Of a stretch of DNA of 64,000 bases, positions 38,551 to 49,737 are shown in pieces. Position 1 is the stretch's first letter, and each line of letters starts with the position of its first letter. Under the pieces are notes generated by a model. It was not told the DNA's origin. It ran no database searches and saw nothing but the letters and a program-made list of their open reading frames with translations. The position numbers were made by a program, and so were the translations under genes. The DNA comes from Candidatus Melainabacteria bacterium 17Bon1m (GTDB taxonomy: Bacteria; Cyanobacteriota; Vampirovibrionia; Obscuribacterales; Obscuribacteraceae): assembly GCA_032128875.1 (NCBI GenBank), contig JAVLKG010000001.1, forward strand, positions 1,017,453-1,081,452. Reading direction: 5' to 3'.

Positions 38551-39144
38551 ATGAAGACCCGAGCCTTTTTCACCCTTTCATCCGTTTTGGCGTCGTTAGC
38601 TCTCACTATCGCTCCAGTCCTTGCAAACAACGGTGTGGAGTTGAAAAATCGACTTGATTCTGCGGAAAGCAGAGGGTCGGTTTCGCGAGAAGCGCTTGTA
38701 CAGTTGCGGGCGGATCAGACAGCACTCGAGAAGCAGGAAGCGGACATTCGCGCTAAATACGATGGCTTGTTGCCGGCTCGAAAGGCTGTAAAGCTTACCA
38801 AAGAGCGGAAAAAGCTGATTGCAAAACTCGACAAAATCGAGTCGAGAAAGCCTGATAACACAGCTCAGAATTACGGTGATGCCCGCAAAGAGTCTCCGAC
38901 ACCACAAGTGCAATCGGGAAAGAAAGCCGACATCGATCGATTGCTTGCGATCAGAAAAGAGTTAGTTGGCGACAAGAGTCTTTCCAGCAACGCCAAGAAT
39001 GTGAAAGTCGTTGTGATCAACGGCACTGTCACTTTGCGTGGTGTAGTGAACAGTGAGTCCGAAAAGGTGAAAGTGGCCAGTGCTGCGCGTAAGTTCGCAG
39101 ATGATTCCAAAGTTTTGGATGAATTGGAGGTAAACACTCAATAA
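38551..39144 (+). CDS. Secreted BON (OsmY-like) domain protein
   Basis: Signal peptide; IRKELVGDKSLSSNAKNVKVVVINGTVTLRGVVNSESEK. Confidence 0.9.
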   Translation: MKTRAFFTLSSVLASLALTIAPVLANNGVELKNRLDSAESRGSVSREALVQLRADQTALEKQEADIRAKYDGLLPARKAVKLTKERKKLIAKLDKIESRKPDNTAQNYGDARKESPTPQVQSGKKADIDRLLAIRKELVGDKSLSSNAKNVKVVVINGTVTLRGVVNSESEKVKVASAARKFADDSKVLDELEVNTQ

Positions 39145-39168
39145 CTGAGCCTTGTAGGAGGGTTTGTA

Positions 39169-39696
39169 ATGTCAATTGCAGTTGTATGTTTGGTGAATGA
39201 TTTGATGCAGGCTGACACCATTGTTGGCAGCTTGAAGAACGCAGGTTTTAGAAGCGCGGATATCTCTTTGCTTATGCCCGACACCGCGGGCTTCAGAGAC
39301 GCCGGTTATGAAAAACACAGCAAGGCTCCGGAAGGCGCCTCCGCAGGCGCTGGTGCAGGTATGGTGCTAGGTGGTGCTTTGGGTTGGCTGGCTGGTGTGG
39401 GTGCTCTTGCATTGCCTGGTCTCGGTGCATTCATTGCTGCCGGGCCGATCATGGCAGCATTGAGTGGTGCCGCTGTTGGTGGCGCGGTGGGAGGAATGAG
39501 TGGCGGTTTGATCGGGCTTGGGATGCCGGAGATTGAAGCAAAACAATACGAAGGCAAGATGAAAGAGCTGAATCGCATTTTCATTTCTGTTCACACCGAG
39601 AATAAGGACGAGGTAAAAGTAGCCGAGAAGATTTTCAAAGATCTCGGAGCTAAAGACGTAAACGCTATTCACGAGGAAAAGGCGCATACACGCTAG
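39169..39696 (+). CDS. General stress protein 17M/DUF3341-like membrane protein
   Basis: LKNAGFRSADISLL, KAPEGA, Gly-rich hairpin PGLGAFIAAGPIMAAL, GMPEIEAKQYE. Confidence 0.8.
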   Translation: MSIAVVCLVNDLMQADTIVGSLKNAGFRSADISLLMPDTAGFRDAGYEKHSKAPEGASAGAGAGMVLGGALGWLAGVGALALPGLGAFIAAGPIMAALSGAAVGGAVGGMSGGLIGLGMPEIEAKQYEGKMKELNRIFISVHTENKDEVKVAEKIFKDLGAKDVNAIHEEKAHTR

Positions 39697-39743
39697 TTTT
39701 TAAACCTTACTGAAAATTTGAAAAACTAACAAAGGAGATAGAT

Positions 39744-39941
39744 ATGAACTGGGATCAAATTGAAGGCAATTGGAAACAATTCGAAGGTAAAGTAAAAACT
39801 CAGTGGGGCAAACTCACTGACGATGACTGGAAACTGGTCGAAGGAAAGAAAGATCAGCTGCTCGGAAAAATTCAAGAGCGTTATGGTCATAGTAAAGAAG
39901 CGGCCGAAAAGGAACTCGATGAGTTTTGCGCAAGGCTCTAA
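39744..39941 (+). CDS. csbD: CsbD/YjbJ family stress protein
   Basis: MNWDQIEGNWKQFEGKVKTQWGKLTDDD...GKIQERYG. Confidence 0.95.
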   Translation: MNWDQIEGNWKQFEGKVKTQWGKLTDDDWKLVEGKKDQLLGKIQERYGHSKEAAEKELDEFCARL

Positions 39942-39979
39942 TTGCGTTTGCCTCAGTTAGATTGCTTCATAAAAGCAGG

Positions 39980-40009
39980 AAAAAGTCCCGCCTATCGCGG
40001 GACTTTTTT
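39980..40009 (+). terminator. Intrinsic terminator (bidirectional-type)
   Basis: aaaaagtcccgc-ctatc-gcgggactttttt. Confidence 0.85.
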
Positions 40010-40059
40010 GTGAGCTGAAATAACTAATTTGACTCTTTTTTAGCTCACGCGTGAAATAC

Positions 40060-40140
40060 AAGAATAAGAAATCGGCGTAGGCACATGCAAACCTACGCCG
40101 ATTTCTATTGTCTTATGAGTTATCGATCCTTGTTCTCTGA
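40060..40140 (-). ncRNA. Candidate ECF-dependent small RNA B, ending in a strong terminator hairpin
   Basis: Follows the minus-strand promoter at 40171-40145; TAACTCA then agaaatcggcgtagg/cctacgccgatttct stem and U-rich tail. Confidence 0.45.
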
Positions 40141-40144
40141 TTAC

Positions 40145-40171
40145 TGGACTAAGCGTCTATACCAAAGTTCC
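40145..40171 (-). promoter_or_regulatory. ECF-sigma-like promoter with no downstream CDS
   Basis: Minus strand GGAACt-ttggtatagacgctt-aGTCca, with an AT-rich tract upstream (40177-40198). Confidence 0.6.
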
Positions 40172-40308
40172 CAACCAAAAAAAGAAATTTTGTTTTTTGC
40201 GCGATTTTAGATCTTTGGTTCCGAGAGACAGCCCTGGTCCAATTTTCTCCAATTGGGTAGAATTGGCTCAGCTGTATCCGGAGTTCTTTGAATTGAAGAT
40301 TGTTGCGT

Positions 40309-41988
<1,680 letters not shown>

Positions 41989-42218
41989 CTATATAGTTGC
42001 AGAATATCTCGCCGGATCTTTACCGGGGACCTCTCGTCCAACCCTCTCCATAAATATAATGGATCTCCAGCCCGTCTGGCCGCCAATCTTTGAGGTTTTC
42101 TCTAAGTCTATACGGATCCAGTCTCGAGTCCACCCTTTATCTATGCTTGACGTACACGATTGGATCCTCAAGAGGATGGTCTGAAACGCCCAGCCCATCT
42201 TGTCATCCGGGCGTGAGC

Positions 42219-42503
42219 CTAATCGCCAATCTTGGGAACCTTGAAAAAGACCCCTTCTCGATCCGGAGCATTCTTTAGTAGAGATTCATGTCCAGGTGGC
42301 GTTACAACTTCGTCTTCTCTCAGCGCATTAGGCATAGGAATGGCATGAGACATGGGTTCTATGCCATCGGTCTGCACATCCTTTAGTTCATCAAACGCGT
42401 CGATTATCTTGGATAGCTGCTCGGCAAAGAGTTCTTTTTCTTCCGGCGTAAGCTCAAGCCGCGCCAGCTTTGCCACATGTTCAACATCCTTGATGGTAAT
42501 CAT
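42219..42503 (-). CDS. gatC: Asp/Glu-tRNA amidotransferase subunit C
   Basis: MITIKDVEHVAKLARLEL...LREDE...NAPD..G.FFKVPKI. Confidence 0.95.
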   Translation of the reverse strand: MITIKDVEHVAKLARLELTPEEKELFAEQLSKIIDAFDELKDVQTDGIEPMSHAIPMPNALREDEVVTPPGHESLLKNAPDREGVFFKVPKIGD

Positions 42504-42913
42504 TTCAAAAACCTTCCCTGTTGTGGCTGGGAGCATATATTCTGCCTCACCTGCCAAACGCAATAACCGCAGCCAAATTACCACAGATCCCCGTACTCTT
42601 GACGGCTGCGCGAAGTAATCGAAACGTGGAGCTCACCCTCCAATTTCTAGCGAAATCGCAAGAACTTTCAGGTGCACCTGTAGCCGCAAAAATTCAAAAA
42701 GGACGCTATGGTCCATGGCGCTTACCTTTCGCTGATCTTTCTTCGGATGAGAGTCAAGTAACAAATTTTGGAGCGGAGTGCAGTTGAATTTTGCGCAAAA
42801 AATCACGCTACTTGGCAGTTGCCAGGGTGAAAGCGCCAATTAGCGCACCGCAATACAAGCAGCAGCTCTAGATTTCTGCTAAATTCAGTGAATCTATATA
42901 GATCGAGATCAAG

Positions 42914-44086
42914 ATGGGAATTCTGGGCGAAACAGGGCTCATATTAGCTGGATTAGTAATTATTGTTCTTGCAGCTGAGCTCTTTACAAATGGGATCGAA
43001 TGGTTGGGGCAGCGGCTCCAATTAAGCGAAGGTGTCGTGGGCAGCGTTCTGGCTGCAGTTGGTACCGCGTTGCCGGAGACGTTGATTCCATTCGTTGCAG
43101 TGATATTTTTCGGTGCAAAAAATGGTGAGTCTGTAGGTATCGGGGCAATTGCCGGCGCCCCGTTCATGCTCAGTACTCTGACTCTAGGTCTTTGTGGCTT
43201 GACGGTTTTACTGTGCTCTAAGGCTGGCAGTTCCAATCGTCCTAAAGAACTGCAGCTCAATCAGGTGGTAATCGCTCGCGATTTGCGCTTTTTCACTGCT
43301 GCCTACGCCATTGCTATGCTCGCAGTTTTGGCGTCTCCGTATGTTTATGTTCGCTACGTGATTGCGGTTGTTCTTTTCCTTATTTATCCGGTTTATCTCT
43401 GGCAGTGTTTTCAGCATGAAGGAGAAGTCGGAGAGCAGCCAGAACACTTGTTTTTGGACCGCCTATTTAAGTGCGGTTCGGACAAATTGCGTTTGATTAT
43501 TCCGCAGATCGTCATGGGGCTTGGCGGTATTATCGGCGGTGCGTTCATTTTCGTAGACCATGTCGACGATTTGGCTCGCTATCTGGGATTACCCGTTGTG
43601 GTCCTCTCTTTGATCATTACCCCGATAGCAACGGAGCTTCCGGAAAAGATCAATAGCGTTCTTTGGGCTCGCCAGGGAAAAGACACACTGGCTTTGGGAA
43701 ACATCACGGGCGCTCTCGTGTTTCAGAGCTGCATTCCGGTAGCATTCGGCGTGGGTTGCACCCGTTGGAATCTCGACAGCGGAACGATTTTGACTGGCAT
43801 TGTCGCAGTCATATCAGGAACGATTTACATGCTTTTGCTCAAAGCAAACAAGCTGACTGCAACACATTTGACCTGCGGTATGCTCGCTTATGCCGTATCT
43901 ATAGGTTCTTTCGTCTTAATAGACTATCTCGATGGCGGACTGGAGTACTTGAAGCCAGGTGAGGAGGCTCCTCCCATGCATCATGGCTCGTTCGAGCCCA
44001 CTGAATCTAAGTACGCACAACCGATTGCTTATGCCGGAGCATCGGCAAATTACACCTTTCCTCTTATTGAACCGAGTCGAGCTTAA
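42914..44086 (+). CDS. Sodium:calcium antiporter (CaCA family)
   Basis: Alpha repeats VGTALPE and IATELPE, GNITGA; many TMs. Confidence 0.9.
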   Translation: MGILGETGLILAGLVIIVLAAELFTNGIEWLGQRLQLSEGVVGSVLAAVGTALPETLIPFVAVIFFGAKNGESVGIGAIAGAPFMLSTLTLGLCGLTVLLCSKAGSSNRPKELQLNQVVIARDLRFFTAAYAIAMLAVLASPYVYVRYVIAVVLFLIYPVYLWQCFQHEGEVGEQPEHLFLDRLFKCGSDKLRLIIPQIVMGLGGIIGGAFIFVDHVDDLARYLGLPVVVLSLIITPIATELPEKINSVLWARQGKDTLALGNITGALVFQSCIPVAFGVGCTRWNLDSGTILTGIVAVISGTIYMLLLKANKLTATHLTCGMLAYAVSIGSFVLIDYLDGGLEYLKPGEEAPPMHHGSFEPTESKYAQPIAYAGASANYTFPLIEPSRA

Positions 44087-45168
44087 GCTTCGTACGGTTC
44101 TATTTTTGAAGCTTCTTTAGGTTCCAAAACAGGAGCTATCGCTGAGTCGTAAATATTCTCTTCCGGTGCTCCCACAGGCTTGTGTGGCGCCGACTCCAGT
44201 GGCGGGTAGAGATTGTCCACGACGAGCTTGATGCAGGCTGCTACCGGAATAGCGATAAGCATGCCGAGCGCGCCTGCTGTAACTTCACCGCACAGGACTG
44301 CAAAGATAACAACGAGTGGATGCAGCTCTACAGCGTGCCCGATGATGCGCGGAATGATGACGTAGTCTTCCGTCCAGCGAGCCAACGTGTAGCAAACGAT
44401 GATACCCAGCGCAACGTCCATACCGTGTTGCGCGACACCGACTATGGTGGCTGTGCTAGTGGCGATGATAGGGCCCAAGACTGGAATGATTTCAAGAAAA
44501 CCGCTGGCAATTGCAATAACTAGCGCGTATTTCAGTTTGAATATGAAGTGCAAGAAAACCCACGTAACAGTGGACATGATAGTGATGAGCAGCAATTGCC
44601 CACGCACGTACTTGCTCAACATTACGTTCGATTGCTGGGTGATGTTAGTCACCATCTGCCGTTGCTCTTCAGGAATGAAGCGCAGGAAAAATTGACCGAC
44701 CCTGTGGCTGTCCGTAATGAAATAAACGGAGGAGACAACGCAAACCAAGACACCCAGAGCGCCTTTGGAGAACAATTCCACACCATGCATGAATTCTTCC
44801 GGTCTGAAGATATGGTCTAGGTTGTTAGCCAATTTGTCCGCTGTGTCGGGCGGCAATTGCCATCCAAAGGATTGAGAAGCGGAGGCGACAACATTGTTCG
44901 CCACCTCTTGTCTCTGGCTCCAGAGGTTTGTCACCTGGTCAACGAGCATCGGACCAAAGAACCAGCAGAGCGCAAAGATAACTCCACCGATTCCCACGTA
45001 GATGGCGAGCACCGCCGCTGCCAAAGGTACATTTGCTTCTTTGTGCACGTAGCGCACGAGAGGCAATACCAGGTAAGCGAAGATGCCGCCAATTACAAAG
45101 GGCGGGAAGATTTCCCTAATGTGATAGAGAAACCAAATGAGCAAACATAGTGCGACCCACTTGAACAT
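44083..45168 (-). CDS. AI-2E family transporter (PerM/TqsA-like)
   Basis: YVRGQL, EIIPVLGP, PRIIGHAVELHPL, GMLIAIP. Confidence 0.9.
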   Translation of the reverse strand: MFKWVALCLLIWFLYHIREIFPPFVIGGIFAYLVLPLVRYVHKEANVPLAAAVLAIYVGIGGVIFALCWFFGPMLVDQVTNLWSQRQEVANNVVASASQSFGWQLPPDTADKLANNLDHIFRPEEFMHGVELFSKGALGVLVCVVSSVYFITDSHRVGQFFLRFIPEEQRQMVTNITQQSNVMLSKYVRGQLLLITIMSTVTWVFLHFIFKLKYALVIAIASGFLEIIPVLGPIIATSTATIVGVAQHGMDVALGIIVCYTLARWTEDYVIIPRIIGHAVELHPLVVIFAVLCGEVTAGALGMLIAIPVAACIKLVVDNLYPPLESAPHKPVGAPEENIYDSAIAPVLEPKEASKIEPYEA

Positions 45169-45191
45169 AGATGCTTATCGCTTGCGCCTTT

Positions 45192-46439
45192 CTAGCGAGC
45201 GGCTACTGGTTGTTGTTCCAACTTCGAGAAATCATGGACGCCTGCGCGAACCAATTTGCGCAGCAACCACGAAGCGCGGAAGCGCTCTCCGAGGTCTTTA
45301 TGGTAGCTGTCCATTTCGTTCAAACACCAGTCGAGACCTTTCTCTTCAGCGATGGTGAGAAGACCGCGAGTGAGTCCACAACCGAATTCCATTGCGACAT
45401 CGACATCAGAAGGTTCGATGACATGCTCTTGCAATGCATAGACAGCTTCGTTGAACATCGGCAGCAACACGCGGTAGGCTTCGAATTTCTTCGATGCTTT
45501 GGCTTCGGTATTTGCGTCTTTCTTCGCAGCTTCGATCAGTTTTGCCAGTTCTGGATTAACAGTCTTGGGCTCACCCTTCTTGGGAATGGAGCCTTTTTCA
45601 TGCACGAAGAAACCGGCGCCCGATTTTTGACCGAGGAAGCCACTTTTGATCATGTGCTTGAGAAGAGGCGATGGTGTAAAACGAGGACCGTATTCTTTAT
45701 ATAGGAATTCATTGACATGCGCGCAGATGTCGATGCCGGTCATATCGAAAAGTGTGAAAGGTCCCATCGGCAATCCGAAGGCTTCCACTGCTTCGTCGAT
45801 TTCTTGCGGTGTGCCTGCGCCTTCGGTTAATGCCCAGAGCGCTTCATTCATGTAAGGGAAGAGCAATCTGTTGACGAGGAAGCCGGGGCATTCTTTCACT
45901 TCGACCGGAACCTTGCCCATGTCGCGGCAAAGCTCGATTGCAGTTTTAACCGTATCTTTGGATGTTTTGACGCCTGGAATCACTTCGACCAGTTTCATGA
46001 ACTGAGCTGGGTTGAAGAAGTGCATTCCGACAACTTTGTCTGCTCGACGTGTGGCTGATGCGATTTCGGAAATCGAGAGAGCCGAGGTGTTGGAGGCGAG
46101 GATGGCACGAGACGGGCAAATTTCATCGATTTCTTTGAAGATGGCGAGCTTGACTTGAATTTCTTCAAGCGCTGCTTCGATGACGATATCGACGTTGTTG
46201 AAACCTTCGTAGTCAGTCGAACCCTTGATTAGTCCGAAGAGCTCGTTCGCTTCTTCCTGGGTGAGAGTTCCTTTCTTGACCCGCGAGTCGTACATTCTCT
46301 TGATGTTGGCAAGACCTTTGTCTACAAATTCTTGCTTGACGTCTTTGAGGATGACGTGAATTCCGGATTGGCTCAAGACCTGGGCGATGCCGGAGCCCAT
46401 TGCTCCAGCGCCTATGACTGCTGCTCTTTGGACCTTCAT
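45192..46439 (-). CDS. 3-hydroxyacyl-CoA dehydrogenase with duplicated C-terminal domain
   Basis: VIGAGAMGSGIA, ILASNTSAL, GMHFFNP, PGFLVNR, GLPMGPF; start at 46439 with RBS gagg. Confidence 0.9.
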   Translation of the reverse strand: MKVQRAAVIGAGAMGSGIAQVLSQSGIHVILKDVKQEFVDKGLANIKRMYDSRVKKGTLTQEEANELFGLIKGSTDYEGFNNVDIVIEAALEEIQVKLAIFKEIDEICPSRAILASNTSALSISEIASATRRADKVVGMHFFNPAQFMKLVEVIPGVKTSKDTVKTAIELCRDMGKVPVEVKECPGFLVNRLLFPYMNEALWALTEGAGTPQEIDEAVEAFGLPMGPFTLFDMTGIDICAHVNEFLYKEYGPRFTPSPLLKHMIKSGFLGQKSGAGFFVHEKGSIPKKGEPKTVNPELAKLIEAAKKDANTEAKASKKFEAYRVLLPMFNEAVYALQEHVIEPSDVDVAMEFGCGLTRGLLTIAEEKGLDWCLNEMDSYHKDLGERFRASWLLRKLVRAGVHDFSKLEQQPVAAR

Positions 46440-46738
46440 TTCAATGGACCTCTCAGTATCATTAATGCCGCGGACTTGCCGCGATTTTGCCACGTATAGG
46501 ACGCGATTCTGCCGCGCTTTTTTCCGCGATTCAGCTACGTTTCTTGGCTTTCAACTAAGTCGCTATGCTAGCATTTCCGAGATTCAGCTCAGGCCAAATC
46601 AAACAATTGTTTGTATTCTCTGAATCGTCGAGTTCCGTCTCTCGGAAACCAATCTGTTCTCTCTGCCAGGGCGTTCTGCGCTCGGGTCTCGGCATCCCGT
46701 CCAATGTCTCCGTTTCATATTGATTTTGCAGGTTCAAC

Positions 46739-48157
46739 ATGTCCTTAATGACAACTATGATGAGGCGCGCACCGGCTAACGTCGATGCGGTGGATAGCAC
46801 ACCCAAGCACCTTGGCTGGGTCATGCTCACGGCTCTGGGCATCGGCGCCACGATCGGCGCCGGAATCTTCGCGATGCCCGGGATGATCGCGAGAAAAGCG
46901 GGTCCGGCCGGGATTTTGTCTTTCTTGCTGACAGGTGTCATCATCATGGCGGTTGCGGTCTGCTATGAAAAATTCTCACGCGCCGTGCCTAAGGGTGTCT
47001 CCGCATACAGCTACGTCTACCACTCCATCGGTGAACTTTTTGCCTGGGTTGTGGCGTTCGGTCTTTTCATGGAATACAGCTTCGGCTCTTCTGCTGTCGC
47101 TATTGCTTGGGGCGAATATTTAAAACGCGCGACGGGATTCTCGTTGCCGCAAGTTTTGTCCGGACCGAGCGTGGATGCGGCAGGTGTGCATCACTTTGGT
47201 GTAAACGTCGTGGCCATGGCTGTAATCGCAGTGGTGACGGTAATCCTGATTTTTGGCGGCGTCAGTAAATCTGCAAAACTCAATTTCTTCCTCGTTATTC
47301 TTAAAATGGTTTTGCTGGTGATGTTCCTCATCGCCGGCATCAAACACATCAATCCCGCCAACTGGGCTGATTTCATGCCCAAAGGCTTCAACGGCGTTTT
47401 GCAAGGTGCGGCTCTTGCTGTTTTCCCTTATGTCGGCTTCGACGCTCTCTACACATTCGCGCGCGAATCGAAGAGCATGAGAGACACACGACTGGCGACC
47501 TGCTGGTGCGTAGGTCTTGTCGTTTTCCTCTATGTCGCAGTCATGGCAGTGGCTACAGGTCTTGCCCCTTGCTTCATCAACGGACAGGAAAATGCGCTCT
47601 TCGTCGGCTCCGAAGCCGCAGCTCCCCTGGCTAACTTGCTTGCGGCCGCCGGAGAAACTTGGACCGGTCAGTTTATCGCAATTGGTGCTGTACTCGGCAT
47701 CTTCAATGTATTGCTCGTGCTCTGCATGGGTGGACCGAGAATCTTCAGAAACATGGCTGAAGACGGCTTGCTCCCTCCCATTTTCGCGAAGACCAACAAA
47801 GGAAATCCGACGCTCGGCATTTTGATCAACGGTATCTTGGTCGCCATTACTGCGGGCTTCGTACCGTTCGGTGACATTGCTGACATGATGGTTTTGGGCA
47901 CGCTGGTGGCATTCGTTTTCGTCTGCATCGGCGCTCTTAGGCTCAAGCTCGTCAATCCAGCCTTGGCGTTGTTCGGTGCTATTGGTTGTGCGATCTTGGC
48001 ATCAAAACTCAGCTCGCTCGTGTTGATTGTTTATTCCATCACCTGTCCGGTTGGTCTAATCATCTACTTCTGCTACGGCATCAAGAACAGTAATTTGGCA
48101 AAAGGCAAAACCATTGCCGAGCCGCCAGTTGCAGCAGCAGTGGAGCAAGCGTCATGA
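46739..48157 (+). CDS. APC family amino acid permease
   Basis: LGIGATIGAGIF, AGPAGILSF, SAYSY, YVGFD, MAEDGLLP. Confidence 0.9.
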   Translation: MSLMTTMMRRAPANVDAVDSTPKHLGWVMLTALGIGATIGAGIFAMPGMIARKAGPAGILSFLLTGVIIMAVAVCYEKFSRAVPKGVSAYSYVYHSIGELFAWVVAFGLFMEYSFGSSAVAIAWGEYLKRATGFSLPQVLSGPSVDAAGVHHFGVNVVAMAVIAVVTVILIFGGVSKSAKLNFFLVILKMVLLVMFLIAGIKHINPANWADFMPKGFNGVLQGAALAVFPYVGFDALYTFARESKSMRDTRLATCWCVGLVVFLYVAVMAVATGLAPCFINGQENALFVGSEAAAPLANLLAAAGETWTGQFIAIGAVLGIFNVLLVLCMGGPRIFRNMAEDGLLPPIFAKTNKGNPTLGILINGILVAITAGFVPFGDIADMMVLGTLVAFVFVCIGALRLKLVNPALALFGAIGCAILASKLSSLVLIVYSITCPVGLIIYFCYGIKNSNLAKGKTIAEPPVAAAVEQAS

Positions 48158-49140
48158 AAGCAGCGGTAGTCCCAGAGAAAGGCAGCAAGTGGGAAATCAA
48201 GGAAGTTGATGATCCAAAACCAGGCGTCAATCAAGTCTTGATTCGCATTCATGCCAGTGGTCTTTGCTACACGGATGTGCACCAGACCAAAGGCGAGATT
48301 CCGATGAATTATCCCGGCATTCTCGGGCACGAGCCGGTCGGCGAAATTGTCGCGGTCGGCGAAGGCGTGACCAAGAGAAAAGTCGGCGATCGCGTCGGCG
48401 TGCCGTGGGTTCAACACGAATGCGGACGTTGTGAGTGGTGCATGCGCGAGAAAAATGCGTTTTGTCCCAATCGCATCGGCACCAGTTTACAGATGAGCGG
48501 CGGGCACGCCGAGCTGATGGTAGCCTACGCTGAAGGCACCATGCTCATTCCCGAAGGATTGTCATACGAGCAAGCCGCTCCCATTTTCTGCGCGGGTTAT
48601 ACGGTTTATTCCGGCTTGAGAATCGCAGAACCAAAACCACACGAAAAGGTCGCAGTGGTCGGCATCGGTGGCCTTGGTCACTTGGCTGTGCAATATTCGC
48701 GCGCCTGTGGCTTCGACACTATTGCATTGACTCACTCAGGCGACAAGAAAAAACTGGCTTTGGATCTTGGCGCAGATCATGTTGTGGCAAACGGCGAAGA
48801 GCTGGCTAAACTCGGCGGAGCCGATGTGATTTTGGCCACCAGCAACTCTTGCCAGCAAACTTTGGATGCATTCAAAGGTTTGCGAAATGATGGTCGCCTT
48901 ATAATCATGGGGTTTTTCAATGAACCTTTGACTTTTTCCGCGGCAGATTTGCTTTTCAAGCGTGCACGTATTATTGGTTCAATTCAAAACGGAACCGAAA
49001 TGCTGTACGAAGCGCTCGATTTTGCAGCGCGCGGCAAAGTCAAAGTGATTGCAGAAACTTTCGAATTGAAAGACATCAACAAAGCCTACGAGAAAGTTGC
49101 TGCCGGCGATGTACGTTTCCGCGCTGTAGTTGCTAGTTAG
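48154..49140 (+). CDS. Zinc-dependent alcohol dehydrogenase (AdhP-like)
   Basis: GLCYTD, GHEPVG, CGRCEWC...C, GIGGLGH, RFRAV; overlaps the permease stop (ATGA). Confidence 0.95.
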   Translation: MKAAVVPEKGSKWEIKEVDDPKPGVNQVLIRIHASGLCYTDVHQTKGEIPMNYPGILGHEPVGEIVAVGEGVTKRKVGDRVGVPWVQHECGRCEWCMREKNAFCPNRIGTSLQMSGGHAELMVAYAEGTMLIPEGLSYEQAAPIFCAGYTVYSGLRIAEPKPHEKVAVVGIGGLGHLAVQYSRACGFDTIALTHSGDKKKLALDLGADHVVANGEELAKLGGADVILATSNSCQQTLDAFKGLRNDGRLIIMGFFNEPLTFSAADLLFKRARIIGSIQNGTEMLYEALDFAARGKVKVIAETFELKDINKAYEKVAAGDVRFRAVVAS

Positions 49141-49158
49141 CGTTCATTCGCCTTATAA

Positions 49159-49211
49159 GTAGGGGAGCCGCATGCGGCTCCCTGACAGGGAAGCGCATGC
49201 GCTTCCCGTAC
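49159..49211. repeat. Inverted REP doublet
   Basis: GTAGgggagccgcatgcggctccc followed by gggaagcgcatgcgcttcccGTAC. Confidence 0.8.
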
Positions 49212-49223
49212 ATGGGGTAATTC

Positions 49224-49592
49224 ATGCAAATTAAAAGAACCATTCCTATCTTTCGAATTTTTGACGAAGCGAAAGCAAGAGAGTTCTACGTCGACTATTT
49301 GGGGTTCAACGTCGACTGGGAAGACAAGCCGGAGGACAGCCCAATCTACGTGCAGATTTCGCGCGGTGGTCTGATTTTGCATTTGTCGGAACACTACGGA
49401 GACTGTTGTCCGGGGTCGCGCATCTTCGTTGCAATGGATCGAAAAGAACTTGAGCAATATCACGCCGAGCTTTCCAGCAAGGACTACAAGTTTATGAAAC
49501 CCGGCTTGGAATCAATGCCTTGGTCAGAGTTGACTTTCGATGTTTGGGATCCATTCGGCAATCGCATCAGCTTCAATGCGATGAAAGACTAA
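49224..49592 (+). CDS. VOC/glyoxalase superfamily protein
   Basis: IPIFRIFDEAKAREFYVDYLGF..DW, HLSEHYGD, DPFGNRI. Confidence 0.9.
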   Translation: MQIKRTIPIFRIFDEAKAREFYVDYLGFNVDWEDKPEDSPIYVQISRGGLILHLSEHYGDCCPGSRIFVAMDRKELEQYHAELSSKDYKFMKPGLESMPWSELTFDVWDPFGNRISFNAMKD

Positions 49593-49737
49593 GTTTAAAC
49601 GACGCTTGGCCGATCTAAGTCCAGCGTTCGTATCCGTGCTGCGAAATATATTTTTCTTCGGACGGTGTGGCAGTTCTTCACCACTGACGTTTTTCGCATA
49701 TCGCTTCGCGATCGGACCGAGAGACGCTTCGATGTGA

